Below, piece by piece: positions 1-9,050 of a DNA stretch of 64,000 nucleotides. A model generated the notes under the pieces. The model saw nothing but the letters and a program-made list of their open reading frames with translations, ran no database searches and was not told the DNA's origin. This stretch comes from an uncultured Chloroflexota bacterium. GTDB taxonomy: Bacteria > Chloroflexota > Dehalococcoidia > Lucifugimonadales > CAJXCD01. The stretch is from assembly GCA_913051545.1 (NCBI GenBank), contig CAJXCD010000004.1, forward strand, positions 88,153 to 152,152. The letters are read 5' to 3'. A program made the translations under genes and the position numbers. Positions within the stretch are counted from its first letter, which is position 1. Every line of letters begins with the position of its first letter.

Positions 1-230
1 GCGGCTTCCTTAAGCAACTGTGCTCCCATATTTTCGTATGGATCTTCTAGTTCTATTTCCTTGGCAATAGTAACGCCATCACTACAAACCTGTGGGGGAC
101 CGAATTTTTTATCGAGTACCACATTACGACCCCTTGGGCCAAGCGTGACCCCTACAGTGTCAGCCATAATATCTATTCCACGTTTCATCGCCGTCCTGGC
201 TTCGTCACCGAATGTTAACTGCTTAGGCAT
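1..230 (-). CDS. groEL: Chaperonin GroEL, N-terminal fragment (gene continues past the left window edge)
   Basis: Own reverse-complement translation from ATG 230..228 gives [37 protein letters not shown]..., the conserved GroEL N-terminus. AGGAGG RBS (plus-strand CCTCCT 241-246). Directly downstream of groES on the same strand. Confidence 0.9.
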   Translation of the reverse strand, partial: MPKQLTFGDEARTAMKRGIDIMADTVGVTLGPRGRNVVLDKKFGPPQVCSDGVTIAKEIELEDPYENMGAQLLKEA

Positions 231-287
231 CTGAATAGCTCCTCCTTGATAGGAAAATTCTTAATATTCTTAAATCGATTTTAGTAT

Positions 288-593
288 CTACTTGGTGAGC
301 AGGATATCGTCTTCTCTAAGTACTAAGTACTCAACGTCTCCCTGCCTGTATTCCGTACCTGCATACTTGGAGTAAACAACGGTATCACCGACTTTAACTT
401 CTAGAGGTACCCTATTCCCATCGTCCGTTAGCTTTCCCGGACCAACCGCAACCACCTCACCATCCTGAGGTTTCTCTTTGGCAGTATCTGGAATATAAAT
501 CCCGCCTGCACTTAACTGTTCATCCTCCTCTAGAGGCTTAATCACAACCCTATTACCTAATGGTTTAAGTGAAATCTTGGCCTTTGTTGCCAT
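288..593 (-). CDS. groES: Co-chaperonin GroES
   Basis: 101 aa. [44 protein letters not shown] matches the GroES mobile loop/beta-barrel pattern. GGAGGAGA RBS upstream; followed by groEL. Confidence 0.95.
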   Translation of the reverse strand: MATKAKISLKPLGNRVVIKPLEEDEQLSAGGIYIPDTAKEKPQDGEVVAVGPGKLTDDGNRVPLEVKVGDTVVYSKYAGTEYRQGDVEYLVLREDDILLTK

Positions 594-716
594 ACTGGTC
601 TCTCCTCCTATGATTGGAATTCTTTGGTAGTATAATGACTCACCGTGAGTGCAAAAAACGACGCGCGGACCCTCCTAATTAAGTTACCGAATCCTACACT
701 ACACCCGCGCAACCCT

Positions 717-743
717 TTAGCAGTCTATGATTTATACTGCTAG
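717..743. promoter_or_regulatory. CIRCE-like inverted repeat, candidate HrcA operator of groESL
   Basis: TTAGCAGTC-N9-TACTGCTAG, versus the CIRCE consensus TTAGCACTC-N9-GAGTGCTAA. Nine-nt spacer is conserved. It lies 2 nt downstream of the predicted -10 of the groES promoter. Confidence 0.55.
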
Positions 744-745
744 AA

Positions 746-774
746 ATGATAATCCATCAATATATGGATGTCAA
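746..774 (-). promoter_or_regulatory. Putative sigma70-type promoter of groESL (TTGACA-17-TATCAT)
   Basis: Minus-strand TTGACA (plus 769-774), 17-nt spacer, TATCAT (plus 746-751), about 150 nt upstream of the groES ATG. Confidence 0.5.
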
Positions 775-812
775 CATGGATTTATTAAGTGCAATCTTAT
801 TCGAATTAATAG

Positions 813-1826
813 ATGCAGAATCTTTGGAATTTTGAATTGACTACGCAAAATCTCCAGAGTATGATCCTGCACATGGCATCATATAGTCCCAAACAAAATG
901 TTCTAAAAATCCCTGGTATCACAGCAGGTTTGATTAAGTCGTTACGCCCAAAACAATGGACAAAAAATCTAATTGTTTACTTTGCGCTATTTTTTACCAT
1001 AAATGAAACTTGGAATGCTTCTGACATGTCTGATCTGATAGATATGTTTATTAAGGCAAGTGTTACTTTTCTGCTTTTCTGTGTTTTAAGTAGTGGGATA
1101 TATATTATTAACGATCTATTCGATGCAGAAAGTGATAGGCATCATCCTATCAAAAAGATGCGACCTATCGCTTCTGGGAAACTACCGATCTTTATAGCAT
1201 GGCCGGTTTCCATAATAATGATTTTTATTGGTATAAGTATGTCTTTTTATTTGAACCATTCTCTAATGTTCGTTTCAGTTATCTACGTATTGTCATCAAT
1301 ACTATATTCATCGATTTTCAGACACGTTTTTATTTTAGACGTAATGTTAATTAGCACTGGTTTCATTCTGCGAGCTGTAGCTGGAGCAGTGGTGTTGAGT
1401 GTTCCCATATCGCCATGGTTATATGCTTGCACTGGACTAGGAGCTCTACTTATCGCTCTGTGTAAGAGAAAAAGTGAGTTGTTGAACTCCGCAAATATCA
1501 ACTTCGTCCAGAGAAAAACACTTTCTCAATATAAGACCTCTCTTCTGGATATGTTTATCTCAATAGTGGCACCGTCAACGTTAATTACGTATACCTTATA
1601 CACTTTCACATCTCCTAATCTCCCCAGTAACCACGCTATGATACTAACGGTGCCGATCGTTATATATGGACTGTTTCGATACCTATATTTAGTACACGTG
1701 AGACATGAAGGAGAAAACCCGGAAGACATATTAGTATCAGATGTACCCCTAATGCTATCTATTCTATTCTGGCTAATAATATCTACATTAATTCTAATTA
1801 TGTTCAGGTCCAACATACAAATTTAA
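813..1826 (+). CDS. UbiA-superfamily prenyltransferase, decaprenyl-phosphate phosphoribosyltransferase-like
   Basis: 337 aa, many hydrophobic helices. LRPKQWTKNL and Asp-rich NDLFDAESDRHHPIKKMRPIASG motif. The true start may be an internal Met (861 or 873). Confidence 0.75.
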   Translation: MQNLWNFELTTQNLQSMILHMASYSPKQNVLKIPGITAGLIKSLRPKQWTKNLIVYFALFFTINETWNASDMSDLIDMFIKASVTFLLFCVLSSGIYIINDLFDAESDRHHPIKKMRPIASGKLPIFIAWPVSIIMIFIGISMSFYLNHSLMFVSVIYVLSSILYSSIFRHVFILDVMLISTGFILRAVAGAVVLSVPISPWLYACTGLGALLIALCKRKSELLNSANINFVQRKTLSQYKTSLLDMFISIVAPSTLITYTLYTFTSPNLPSNHAMILTVPIVIYGLFRYLYLVHVRHEGENPEDILVSDVPLMLSILFWLIISTLILIMFRSNIQI

Positions 1827-1936
1827 ACTCCATCCAATCAGCCTTGCGAGGAAAGTCTCTTATGTAAGAAACATAAGCGTCAAGAATGGAAAAATGGACT
1901 TCTTTGAGATAATTTTATATCCATAAGGAAATTATA

Positions 1937-3964
1937 GTGGTACCACCCGAAGATTTTTTTGGAATCATACCTACTTGGATAATGGTGTATTCAACCAGTG
2001 CTATAGCTTTTGCATTGTCCAGTATCATCCTTTATTTAAAAATTTTTCGACATATAGCAATCGGTAAACACGTAGATAGATTTGACAAACCACTTCTTCG
2101 ACTTTTTGGCTCAATATCTACGGTATTCGGCCAATCTAAGGTACTTCAGAGTTTTTCATTTCGTAAAGATAGATCTAGCATCGCGCACGTAATCATATTC
2201 TGGGGGTTTTTATCATTTGCAATAAACTATGTCATATTTATATATGTGGATTCAGTACATAAAGAATTCTCAAGCATCTTACTAACGAAAACTGGGGTTA
2301 CGATATATGCAAGTTACATAGATTTCCTAGCTATTCTTTTCCTAGCGGTAATATCATGGTCATCCTTCCGACGCTGGGTCATTAAACCCCCTAGGCTCAG
2401 CTTCGATCTTACTCAACGTGCCGAGTCTGGAGTTATCTTTGTCCTAATGACTCTTCTAATGATCCTTACTCTCCTTACTGAAGCGTCATACATAGCATCA
2501 GGAGGTATTGGACCAACCGTATCTGCACCGATTAGTTCTATTATTGCTAACTTACTGGACACACTAGGTGTTGGAGAAGGTAACTCTAGAATCATATACA
2601 TGATTTCCTGGTGGACACACTTATTCGTAATTCTATCTTTTTCACTCTATATACCCCTCTCAAAACATATTCATATCATTGGGGCTCCAGCCAGTTTCAT
2701 CATGCGAGACCTACAACCTATGGGATCTCTATCTACTCCTAAAGACTTGGAAAGTTCCGAGAGTTTCGGTGCCGCATCTGCTAAAGATTTTAACTGGAAA
2801 GAATTACTTGACGGATACGCATGTGCAGTCTGTGGAAGATGCACGGACAATTGTCCTGCATACATAAGTGGAAAAACATTATCACCGATGCATATCGTAC
2901 AAAACATGAAAATTAACTCGACTGAAGAAGATAGCTCTAAATCTGTGATTGGAGATCTTATTAACGAAGAATCTCTGTGGGACTGTCTAACGTGTGGTGC
3001 ATGTGAACAAGAATGTCCTGTAGGGGTTGAACATCTGGACTCGATAGTTGATATGAGAAGACACCTGACTATGGAAATGGGTGAATTGCCTGAAACCGCT
3101 AAAAATGCACTCCTCAGTATGGAACAACGAGGACATCCATGGAAAGGAACTAAATACAATAGAACTGATTGGACTGAAGGGCTAGATGTTCCATATATTT
3201 CTGATCACCCAGATGCAGAGATACTATTCTGGGTGGGTTGTACTTCTGCACTCGATAAACGCAGTCAAAATATTGCTAGAGCCATGGTCTCTGTTTTAAA
3301 ACACGCCGGGATTGATTTTGCCATCTTGGGATCAGAAGAACGCTGCACAGGAGATCCTGCTAGACGTATGGGAAATGAATTTTTATACCAAACAATGGCA
3401 AAGCAAAATATAGATATACTGAACAGTTACGCTGTTAAACTTATAGTTGTTACATGTCCCCACTGTTTTAATAACATCAAAAATGAATACCCTCATTTAG
3501 GAGGTGCTTACGAAGTTAAGCATTACAGTGAAATGGTCGCTGAATTAATATCGGCAGGAAAAATAAAACCTGTTGGCAGAATAGATTCAGTTGTGACATA
3601 TCATGACTCATGCTATCTAGGTAGACATAATCGTATATATGAACCACCCAGACAATTAGCAAATGCAATTCCTGGTCTTGAGCTAGTCGAAATGGAAAGG
3701 TGTAAAGAAAAAGGATTTTGCTGTGGAGCGGGTGGCGGTCATGCATGGATGGAAGAAAGTCGCGGGACACGTGTGAATCACATAAGAACGGATCAGTTTT
3801 TGGAATCAGGAGGAGGTACGATAGGGGTATCATGTCCATTTTGTTTACAAATGTTCGAGGAAGGAATAAGCGCTAAGGGACTCCAAGACAAACACGATGC
3901 CAAGGATATCATAGAGCTCCTCGCGGAAAGTTTAGACGCAGGGGCTACAACCTCAAAAAATTAA
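1937..3964 (+). CDS. Membrane-anchored Fe-S oxidoreductase (NarI/DsrM-like membrane domain fused to an HdrD/GlpC/DsrK-like module)
   Basis: 675 aa. The N-terminal ~250 aa is hydrophobic. Two 4Fe-4S motifs (CAVCGRCTDNCP, CLTCGACEQECP) are followed by two Cys-rich CCG-type regions (VGCTSAL..CPHCFNN; HDSCYLGR..FCCGAGGG..CPFC). GTG start after AAGGAA. Confidence 0.75.
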   Translation: MVPPEDFFGIIPTWIMVYSTSAIAFALSSIILYLKIFRHIAIGKHVDRFDKPLLRLFGSISTVFGQSKVLQSFSFRKDRSSIAHVIIFWGFLSFAINYVIFIYVDSVHKEFSSILLTKTGVTIYASYIDFLAILFLAVISWSSFRRWVIKPPRLSFDLTQRAESGVIFVLMTLLMILTLLTEASYIASGGIGPTVSAPISSIIANLLDTLGVGEGNSRIIYMISWWTHLFVILSFSLYIPLSKHIHIIGAPASFIMRDLQPMGSLSTPKDLESSESFGAASAKDFNWKELLDGYACAVCGRCTDNCPAYISGKTLSPMHIVQNMKINSTEEDSSKSVIGDLINEESLWDCLTCGACEQECPVGVEHLDSIVDMRRHLTMEMGELPETAKNALLSMEQRGHPWKGTKYNRTDWTEGLDVPYISDHPDAEILFWVGCTSALDKRSQNIARAMVSVLKHAGIDFAILGSEERCTGDPARRMGNEFLYQTMAKQNIDILNSYAVKLIVVTCPHCFNNIKNEYPHLGGAYEVKHYSEMVAELISAGKIKPVGRIDSVVTYHDSCYLGRHNRIYEPPRQLANAIPGLELVEMERCKEKGFCCGAGGGHAWMEESRGTRVNHIRTDQFLESGGGTIGVSCPFCLQMFEEGISAKGLQDKHDAKDIIELLAESLDAGATTSKN

Positions 3965-3970
3965 AGGTTT

Positions 3971-4684
3971 TTACACACCCTTAGAATCATTACGGTGTGT
4001 GTGCATAGCCATTCTATCCTCTAGACTGAGGTGAGCCTGAATCTTCTCTGCAAACTCTTCTACGACCCCTTGTACTGTATTAGTACTCGTATCTAACTGA
4101 ATCCTAGTGAGTAGTGAGTTGAATACCTCCTCGTCAAAACGATGGAGGACATGTTCAACATCTTTTTCTTGTACAACTGGATACTTGTGTGGAGCCTCAT
4201 TCATACGTCTCCGTATGACATCAGGTGAAGCCTTGACATGTACCATAACCGTATCTGGGGCAAATTTCATGAAGTTGAGTTCGATATGCTTACTAATAAC
4301 CGTTCGGTCACCTGCTACTCCCGGATGGCCATAATTGTAATAGAGTGGTCCGTAAACAGCATCGTCTATATGTAAACCAATCATCATCTGGTTACCACCC
4401 TTTGATGATGACTCACGGGGACTATGATAATAAAGGTTGTGCCGCTGAATGACCTCTAGCATCCTCGGACTTAGAGCCTGCCAATTACGTATCTCTTCTT
4501 CTGTTAGTTCTGAGCCATGCGGCAAAGTCTCATTGGGTTGGTGACGGTATTGAGTATCTGGCAATTTGAAATGGTCATGTATTAAACGAAAACCTGTACC
4601 TAGCTCCTTCTGGGCCCAATCATCTATAGCAAGAGCGAGCGTTGTAGTTCCGGAATATTCGCACCCAACAAGTAGTAATTTCAT
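3971..4684 (-). CDS. P-loop NTPase/kinase-fold protein of unassigned family, triad paralog 1 (Walker A lysine absent: GCEYSGTTT)
   Basis: 237 aa. MKLLLVGCEYSGTTTLA, HDH, SPR, GLHIDDAVYGPLY, PDTVMVHVKASPDVIRRR. Paralogous to the two upstream ORFs. Confidence 0.6.
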   Translation of the reverse strand: MKLLLVGCEYSGTTTLALAIDDWAQKELGTGFRLIHDHFKLPDTQYRHQPNETLPHGSELTEEEIRNWQALSPRMLEVIQRHNLYYHSPRESSSKGGNQMMIGLHIDDAVYGPLYYNYGHPGVAGDRTVISKHIELNFMKFAPDTVMVHVKASPDVIRRRMNEAPHKYPVVQEKDVEHVLHRFDEEVFNSLLTRIQLDTSTNTVQGVVEEFAEKIQAHLSLEDRMAMHTHRNDSKGV

Positions 4685-4735
4685 GAGACCTTTCCCCTTC
4701 CAGCTATAATCAGGACATGGCGCATGTTCGAGAAA

Positions 4736-5437
4736 TTAGGCAAGTGGACCGATTTGATTCCACTGATTGCGTAACAATATTCGACGTCTGTCTGCCTCAT
4801 TCATATGGTGTTCAAACTTCTCAACGAATTCTGAGAAAGTTTCTTCAATCGTTTGATCGGAATTATCTATCACAAATTTGCGTCGCATAAGCGCGTTTGT
4901 ATGCGCCTCTTCAAAACGTTCCAGCAATAATTCCACATCCTCATCTTTTATAACCTGATGTTTATGAGCGTTAGATTTCATTCGCTCGATAATTACATCT
5001 GGATTAGCTTTCAACAAGACAAGAACTGTGTCAGGTTGATACTTCATTATTTTGGATTCTATGTCGTCCGAAAGTATACGTCTATCAGCATACTCTCCTT
5101 CACCGCCATAACCAAAATACAGCGGACCATAGACAGCATCATCTATATGAAAACCTATCATCAAGAAATCTCCATCATTAGGCTCTGTAGGAGTATGGTA
5201 TGCAATATTGTACCTCTGGTACACCTCTTTCATTCTGGGACTCAACGCCATTACCTGCTGAATCTCATCACCAGTCATATCATGGTGAGTTACATTAGGC
5301 ATCTGGTAATGATCATGCCAGCCATAATGCGGGGGGCCCCAAGGTTCCGGACCAAACATCTCTACCATCCACCCTGAAATCCTGTCTGCCAATGTCGTCT
5401 TCCCTGCATATTCGCATCCAACCAATATTACTTTCAT
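4736..5437 (-). CDS. P-loop NTPase/kinase-fold protein of unassigned family, triad paralog 2 (canonical Walker A GCEYAGKTT)
   Basis: 233 aa. MKVILVGCEYAGKTTLA, HDH, SPR, GFHIDDAVYGPLY, PDTVLVLLKANPDVIIER. Confidence 0.6.
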   Translation of the reverse strand: MKVILVGCEYAGKTTLADRISGWMVEMFGPEPWGPPHYGWHDHYQMPNVTHHDMTGDEIQQVMALSPRMKEVYQRYNIAYHTPTEPNDGDFLMIGFHIDDAVYGPLYFGYGGEGEYADRRILSDDIESKIMKYQPDTVLVLLKANPDVIIERMKSNAHKHQVIKDEDVELLLERFEEAHTNALMRRKFVIDNSDQTIEETFSEFVEKFEHHMNEADRRRILLRNQWNQIGPLA

Positions 5438-5468
5438 TAATCCTCCTAAACCTTGAACTAGATCTCTG

Positions 5469-6179
5469 CTAAGAAGCTAACATTTTCCCTCGTGTAAGTA
5501 TCCTCAAACGATCTTCATCCGTAATATGAGGTTCAATCTTCTCAACAAATTCTTTAAGAGTTTCAGATACTGATGATTCGCTCGTATCCAAAATTATTTT
5601 CTTTCCCAAGGATCCCACTCTGGATCTCTTGAAATGGTATTCAAACTCACTTAGTAACGTCTCAATATCTTCGTCTTTAATTATTTGGTATTCCTGGGGA
5701 CACTCCTTAATCCGCTTCCGAATCACATCTGGTGACGCCTTGACCAAAACCAACACGGTATCCGGCCCAGCCTCCAAAATATCTTTTTCAAAATGCCTGG
5801 ATAAAAGCCTTAACGTCTTAACCTGATCTCCAGGATAACCTTTATACCTCGGTCCGTATATTTCATCATCTATATGCATTCCGGTCATTAAATGGTGAGG
5901 GTCATTAAAAAAGCCAGGCGCTGTGTGGTAGGCAAGCATGTAATGGTGGTAACCTTGCCTGTGACGCGGACTGAAATTTATGTGTTCTTGTGTTTCTTTT
6001 TCGTCCCGTTCCTTAAGCCCTTCAGGATTGACATGTCCTCCTTCTACAAGCTTCATGTGGTCGTGGAAAGAAATTGCGCCATGAATGTTGCCTCCCACAA
6101 CTTTAGTGATCCACTTCGTTATCTCAATAGCCAATGTAGTAGTTCCTGAATACTCACAGCCGATCATCAAAATCTTCAT
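5469..6179 (-). CDS. P-loop NTPase/kinase-fold protein of unassigned family, triad paralog 3 (Walker A lysine absent: GCEYSGTTT)
   Basis: 236 aa. MKILMIGCEYSGTTTLA, HDH, SPR, GMHIDDEIYGPRY, PDTVLVLVKASPDVIRKR. Confidence 0.6.
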   Translation of the reverse strand: MKILMIGCEYSGTTTLAIEITKWITKVVGGNIHGAISFHDHMKLVEGGHVNPEGLKERDEKETQEHINFSPRHRQGYHHYMLAYHTAPGFFNDPHHLMTGMHIDDEIYGPRYKGYPGDQVKTLRLLSRHFEKDILEAGPDTVLVLVKASPDVIRKRIKECPQEYQIIKDEDIETLLSEFEYHFKRSRVGSLGKKIILDTSESSVSETLKEFVEKIEPHITDEDRLRILTRGKMLAS

Positions 6180-6244
6180 AATATTTCCCTGTATTTAATT
6201 AGATTCTCTGGCAAATGACCTGAATAAACTGTCTCGATAGGCGC

Positions 6245-6272
6245 ATACTAACGGAATGAATTCACTTGTCAA
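6245..6272 (-). promoter_or_regulatory. Putative sigma70-type promoter of the P-loop triad (TTGACA-16-TAGTAT)
   Basis: Minus-strand TTGACA (plus 6267-6272), 16-nt spacer, TAGTAT (plus 6245-6250), about 65 nt upstream of the ATG at 6179. Confidence 0.4.
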
Positions 6273-6361
6273 GCCTAACTTGTATGCAAAACATGTACAG
6301 AGTTTTAGAATACGGTAATGATCGAAATTATTCGAAACTCGAGTCACCCTAGGTGGTTATA

Positions 6362-7183
6362 TTAATCTTGTCTGAGTGAGGCCGCATACTTCGATGCATT
6401 CAAAAGTCCAATTGGATTACCTGCATCAAAATGTTCACCTGAAAAACGGTACCCGTAGATCTTTTCCGTTGCGAGTGAAGAAGACAATGCATCAGTCAAC
6501 TGTACTTCACCTCCAACACCCGCTGGAATTTTTTGAATATGGTCAAATATCTCGGGTGAAAGAATATATCTTCCTACTATAGAAAGGTTTGAAGGAGCAT
6601 CTACTAATCTAGGCTTCTCAACCATCTCATGGATTTCATATAAATCATTGTCAACTAGGCGAGCATCTACAATACCTAGATTTGGGACCATGTCGTCTGA
6701 AACTTCACGCACAGCCATAACACTACACTTCAGAGTATTAAATAAATTCGCCATACTTCCAATTATAGGATGGTTGCTCCAAATCAGGTCATCTGGAAAA
6801 ATTAGAGCAAAAGGATCATCACCTATGACATCCTTTGCACAGAGCAACGCATCACCTATACCATTCTGTTTATTCTGGTACACGTAACTGATATGATCCG
6901 GTGTCGGAATAGATTTTATCCGATCGAGCATCAGCGAATCTTTTCGGTTTTCTAATACCTCCTCAAGACCCTTAGAACTTTGAAAGTAATTAGCTATAGA
7001 TTTCTGATTGTCTGATACCACCAATATGACATGCTCTATACCAGACGCAACTGCTTCCTCCACAGCGTAATGAATTAGAGGCGTATCTAATACAGGGAGC
7101 ATCACCTTTGGAATAGACTTAGCCACTGGAAGAAAACGAGTGCCTAGTCCTGCAGCTAAAATCACGGCTTTACGTATATTCAT
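6362..7183 (-). CDS. galU: UTP--glucose-1-phosphate uridylyltransferase (GalU-type sugar-1-phosphate nucleotidyltransferase)
   Basis: 273 aa. N-terminal KAVILAAGLGTRFLPVAKSIPKVMLPV nucleotidyltransferase loop. Confidence 0.75.
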   Translation of the reverse strand: MNIRKAVILAAGLGTRFLPVAKSIPKVMLPVLDTPLIHYAVEEAVASGIEHVILVVSDNQKSIANYFQSSKGLEEVLENRKDSLMLDRIKSIPTPDHISYVYQNKQNGIGDALLCAKDVIGDDPFALIFPDDLIWSNHPIIGSMANLFNTLKCSVMAVREVSDDMVPNLGIVDARLVDNDLYEIHEMVEKPRLVDAPSNLSIVGRYILSPEIFDHIQKIPAGVGGEVQLTDALSSSLATEKIYGYRFSGEHFDAGNPIGLLNASKYAASLRQD

Positions 7184-7192
7184 ATGTGGTCG

Positions 7193-8431
7193 TTAAGTCC
7201 AAGTTATACTGCCAGTAGTGTATACACGTCTCAGTATCGGTTCTGCAGCGTATGATACTAGCATAATAATAATAAATGTAAGGCCGGTTACAACAAAAAT
7301 GGGAGGGACGGTCAACCTATCGGCTATAAATCCATACCCAAGATTAGAAAAAGCCATTACGCCTCCAGCGTGCATTACATATAGGCTAGAAATCCTGCCT
7401 CTAAGACGGTCGGGGGCGATAGATTGAACATAGGTATTAGTGATGGCCATAAATGTAGCCTGAGAAGCTCCCATGGCAGATGCCATTATTATTGCTACTA
7501 ATATATTCCCAGATAAAATGAGTAGAATTGGAGTAACTCCACTAGCTATACCTGTTAAAATTAATATATTACCTTTGTACTTATCATTTGTCACACCGGC
7601 GATTAGGCCCATACCAACCAGAGAACCAGCTCCGAACCCCATTATCAAATATCCAAATAGTGATGCATCGTTTGCGTCATATTTTTGTTCCGATAACCTT
7701 GGCAACATAGATTCAAACGACATGACTAAAGCACAATGAAATGCAACCAGAATAATAAAAAGTGCTAAAGTTCTGTGTGTATAAATGTACGACACTCCCT
7801 CAAACATGTTTTTTAACAGACCATATTCTGAACGAGTCTCTCCCGAAGATACCGTACTAACTCTAAGCATAGTTATGGCTCCAACGCCATATAGCAATGC
7901 AGCAATTAGTAACATCCCATCGGTTCCAACTGAATCAACAGCAGCCAATGGTGCCACTATTAAAAAACGAGCACCGTGCTTGGTAGCCCCATTCAATGTA
8001 ATTGCATTTAACAGATGCTCATCAGGCACCTGATTCGGGATAAGAGCCTGTATTGATGGCTCCTTAATTGCTCTAGCTATTCCCCCCAAAAAAGCTATGG
8101 TGACCAGATGCATTATGTGTAAAATACCAGTCATAGACAAAATAGCTAGAAAGAGAACAATTAGAGAACTAGCTATAAACATGAATACCACTATTTTTTT
8201 TCGGTCATATTTATCGCCAATGAGACCACCTACTGGAGAAGCTATAAGTAGTGGGAACATTGACGAAAAAGTCAATATGCCCACCCAACGGGATGAGTTA
8301 GTTTCCGTAAATAGTAACCATCCGCTTGCAACAATAACTGTCCATAGGGCAGCCCCAGAAAAGAGGTTTGCAAGCCAAGTCAACGTATAGTTTTTGTATC
8401 TAAACGCTGCTAATTGAGGCGTTCTTATCAT
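7193..8431 (-). CDS. MFS transporter
   Basis: 412 aa with about 12 hydrophobic segments. GGLIGDKYDRKK loop resembles MFS motif A. Confidence 0.7.
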   Translation of the reverse strand: MIRTPQLAAFRYKNYTLTWLANLFSGAALWTVIVASGWLLFTETNSSRWVGILTFSSMFPLLIASPVGGLIGDKYDRKKIVVFMFIASSLIVLFLAILSMTGILHIMHLVTIAFLGGIARAIKEPSIQALIPNQVPDEHLLNAITLNGATKHGARFLIVAPLAAVDSVGTDGMLLIAALLYGVGAITMLRVSTVSSGETRSEYGLLKNMFEGVSYIYTHRTLALFIILVAFHCALVMSFESMLPRLSEQKYDANDASLFGYLIMGFGAGSLVGMGLIAGVTNDKYKGNILILTGIASGVTPILLILSGNILVAIIMASAMGASQATFMAITNTYVQSIAPDRLRGRISSLYVMHAGGVMAFSNLGYGFIADRLTVPPIFVVTGLTFIIIMLVSYAAEPILRRVYTTGSITWT

Positions 8432-8664
8432 TTTATAACCGCAATATTGTTAGTTTAAGTAGACACGTGATACTGATGTAATAAACCATATGCTGAACGG
8501 ACTATCAAGTCATCTAAATTTACGTTACGTAATTCTTCATACTGAGGCACATTTTGTTAATACAGTCGCTTTTAACACTTTCGCGTGCAAACTGCCCTAC
8601 AAAACTAAATACTATGAAAATATGGTATCGTGTATTCGTATTAACAAATTTTTGCGGGGTTATC

Positions 8665-9009
8665 ATGAATACTTTATCAGAAAACAAATGTGTGCCTTGT
8701 AAAGGAGACTCTCCCCATATAACACAGAAGGAAATCGATCAACTTCACCCCCGAATATCGGACTGGGATATCTTGTCTACAGATAAAGTGAATTACCTGT
8801 ACAGATCATTCGAATTCAAAAATTTCTCTGCAGCTGTAAAGTTTGTAAATAGCGTTTCAAGCACTGCTGAGAAGGAAGGGCATCATCCCAAATTGATTCT
8901 TGAATGGGGTAAAGTGCAAGTAATGTGGTGGACTCACAAAATCAAAGGCCTACACAGAAACGACTTTATAATGGCTGCCAAAACTGACTCCATATGGGGC
9001 TCAACTTAA
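8665..9009 (+). CDS. phhB: Pterin-4a-carbinolamine dehydratase
   Basis: The ORF-track ORF starts at 8554, but the homologous part begins at MNTLSENKCVPCKG (ATG 8665). EGHHPKLILEWGKVQVMWWTHKIKGLHRNDF is the PCD signature. Confidence 0.8.
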   Translation: MNTLSENKCVPCKGDSPHITQKEIDQLHPRISDWDILSTDKVNYLYRSFEFKNFSAAVKFVNSVSSTAEKEGHHPKLILEWGKVQVMWWTHKIKGLHRNDFIMAAKTDSIWGST

Positions 9010-9050
9010 TGGGCAAAACACAAAATCCAGAAAGTAAACTCTAACTTACA

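Noticed and set aside
638-655. Palindrome ACTCAC-C-GTGAGT followed by GAGTGCAAA, which resembles the right CIRCE half-site, in the groES leader.
   Set aside because: No matching left half-site lies 9 nt upstream (AGTATAATG). A 1-nt centre cannot form a real hairpin loop. The element at 717-743 fits CIRCE geometry far better.
2671-3159. Long antisense ORFs inside well-supported genes: 2671-3159, 37085-37570, 45609-46088, 59892-60401, 55258-55692 and 44480-44902.
   Set aside because: Each lies fully within a gene with strong family motifs on the opposite strand. Their translations are low-complexity with no recognisable motifs. They are typical shadow ORFs.
8554-8664. N-terminal extensions in the ORF track at several genes: 8554 for PCD, 32048 for prfA, 40930 for soxG, 61247 for the tautomerase, 13048 for the rhodanese, 15804 for lexA and 27297 for rpsT.
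   Set aside because: In each case an internal start with a proper RBS coincides with where the family-conserved N-terminus begins. The extensions overlap neighbouring genes or promoters.
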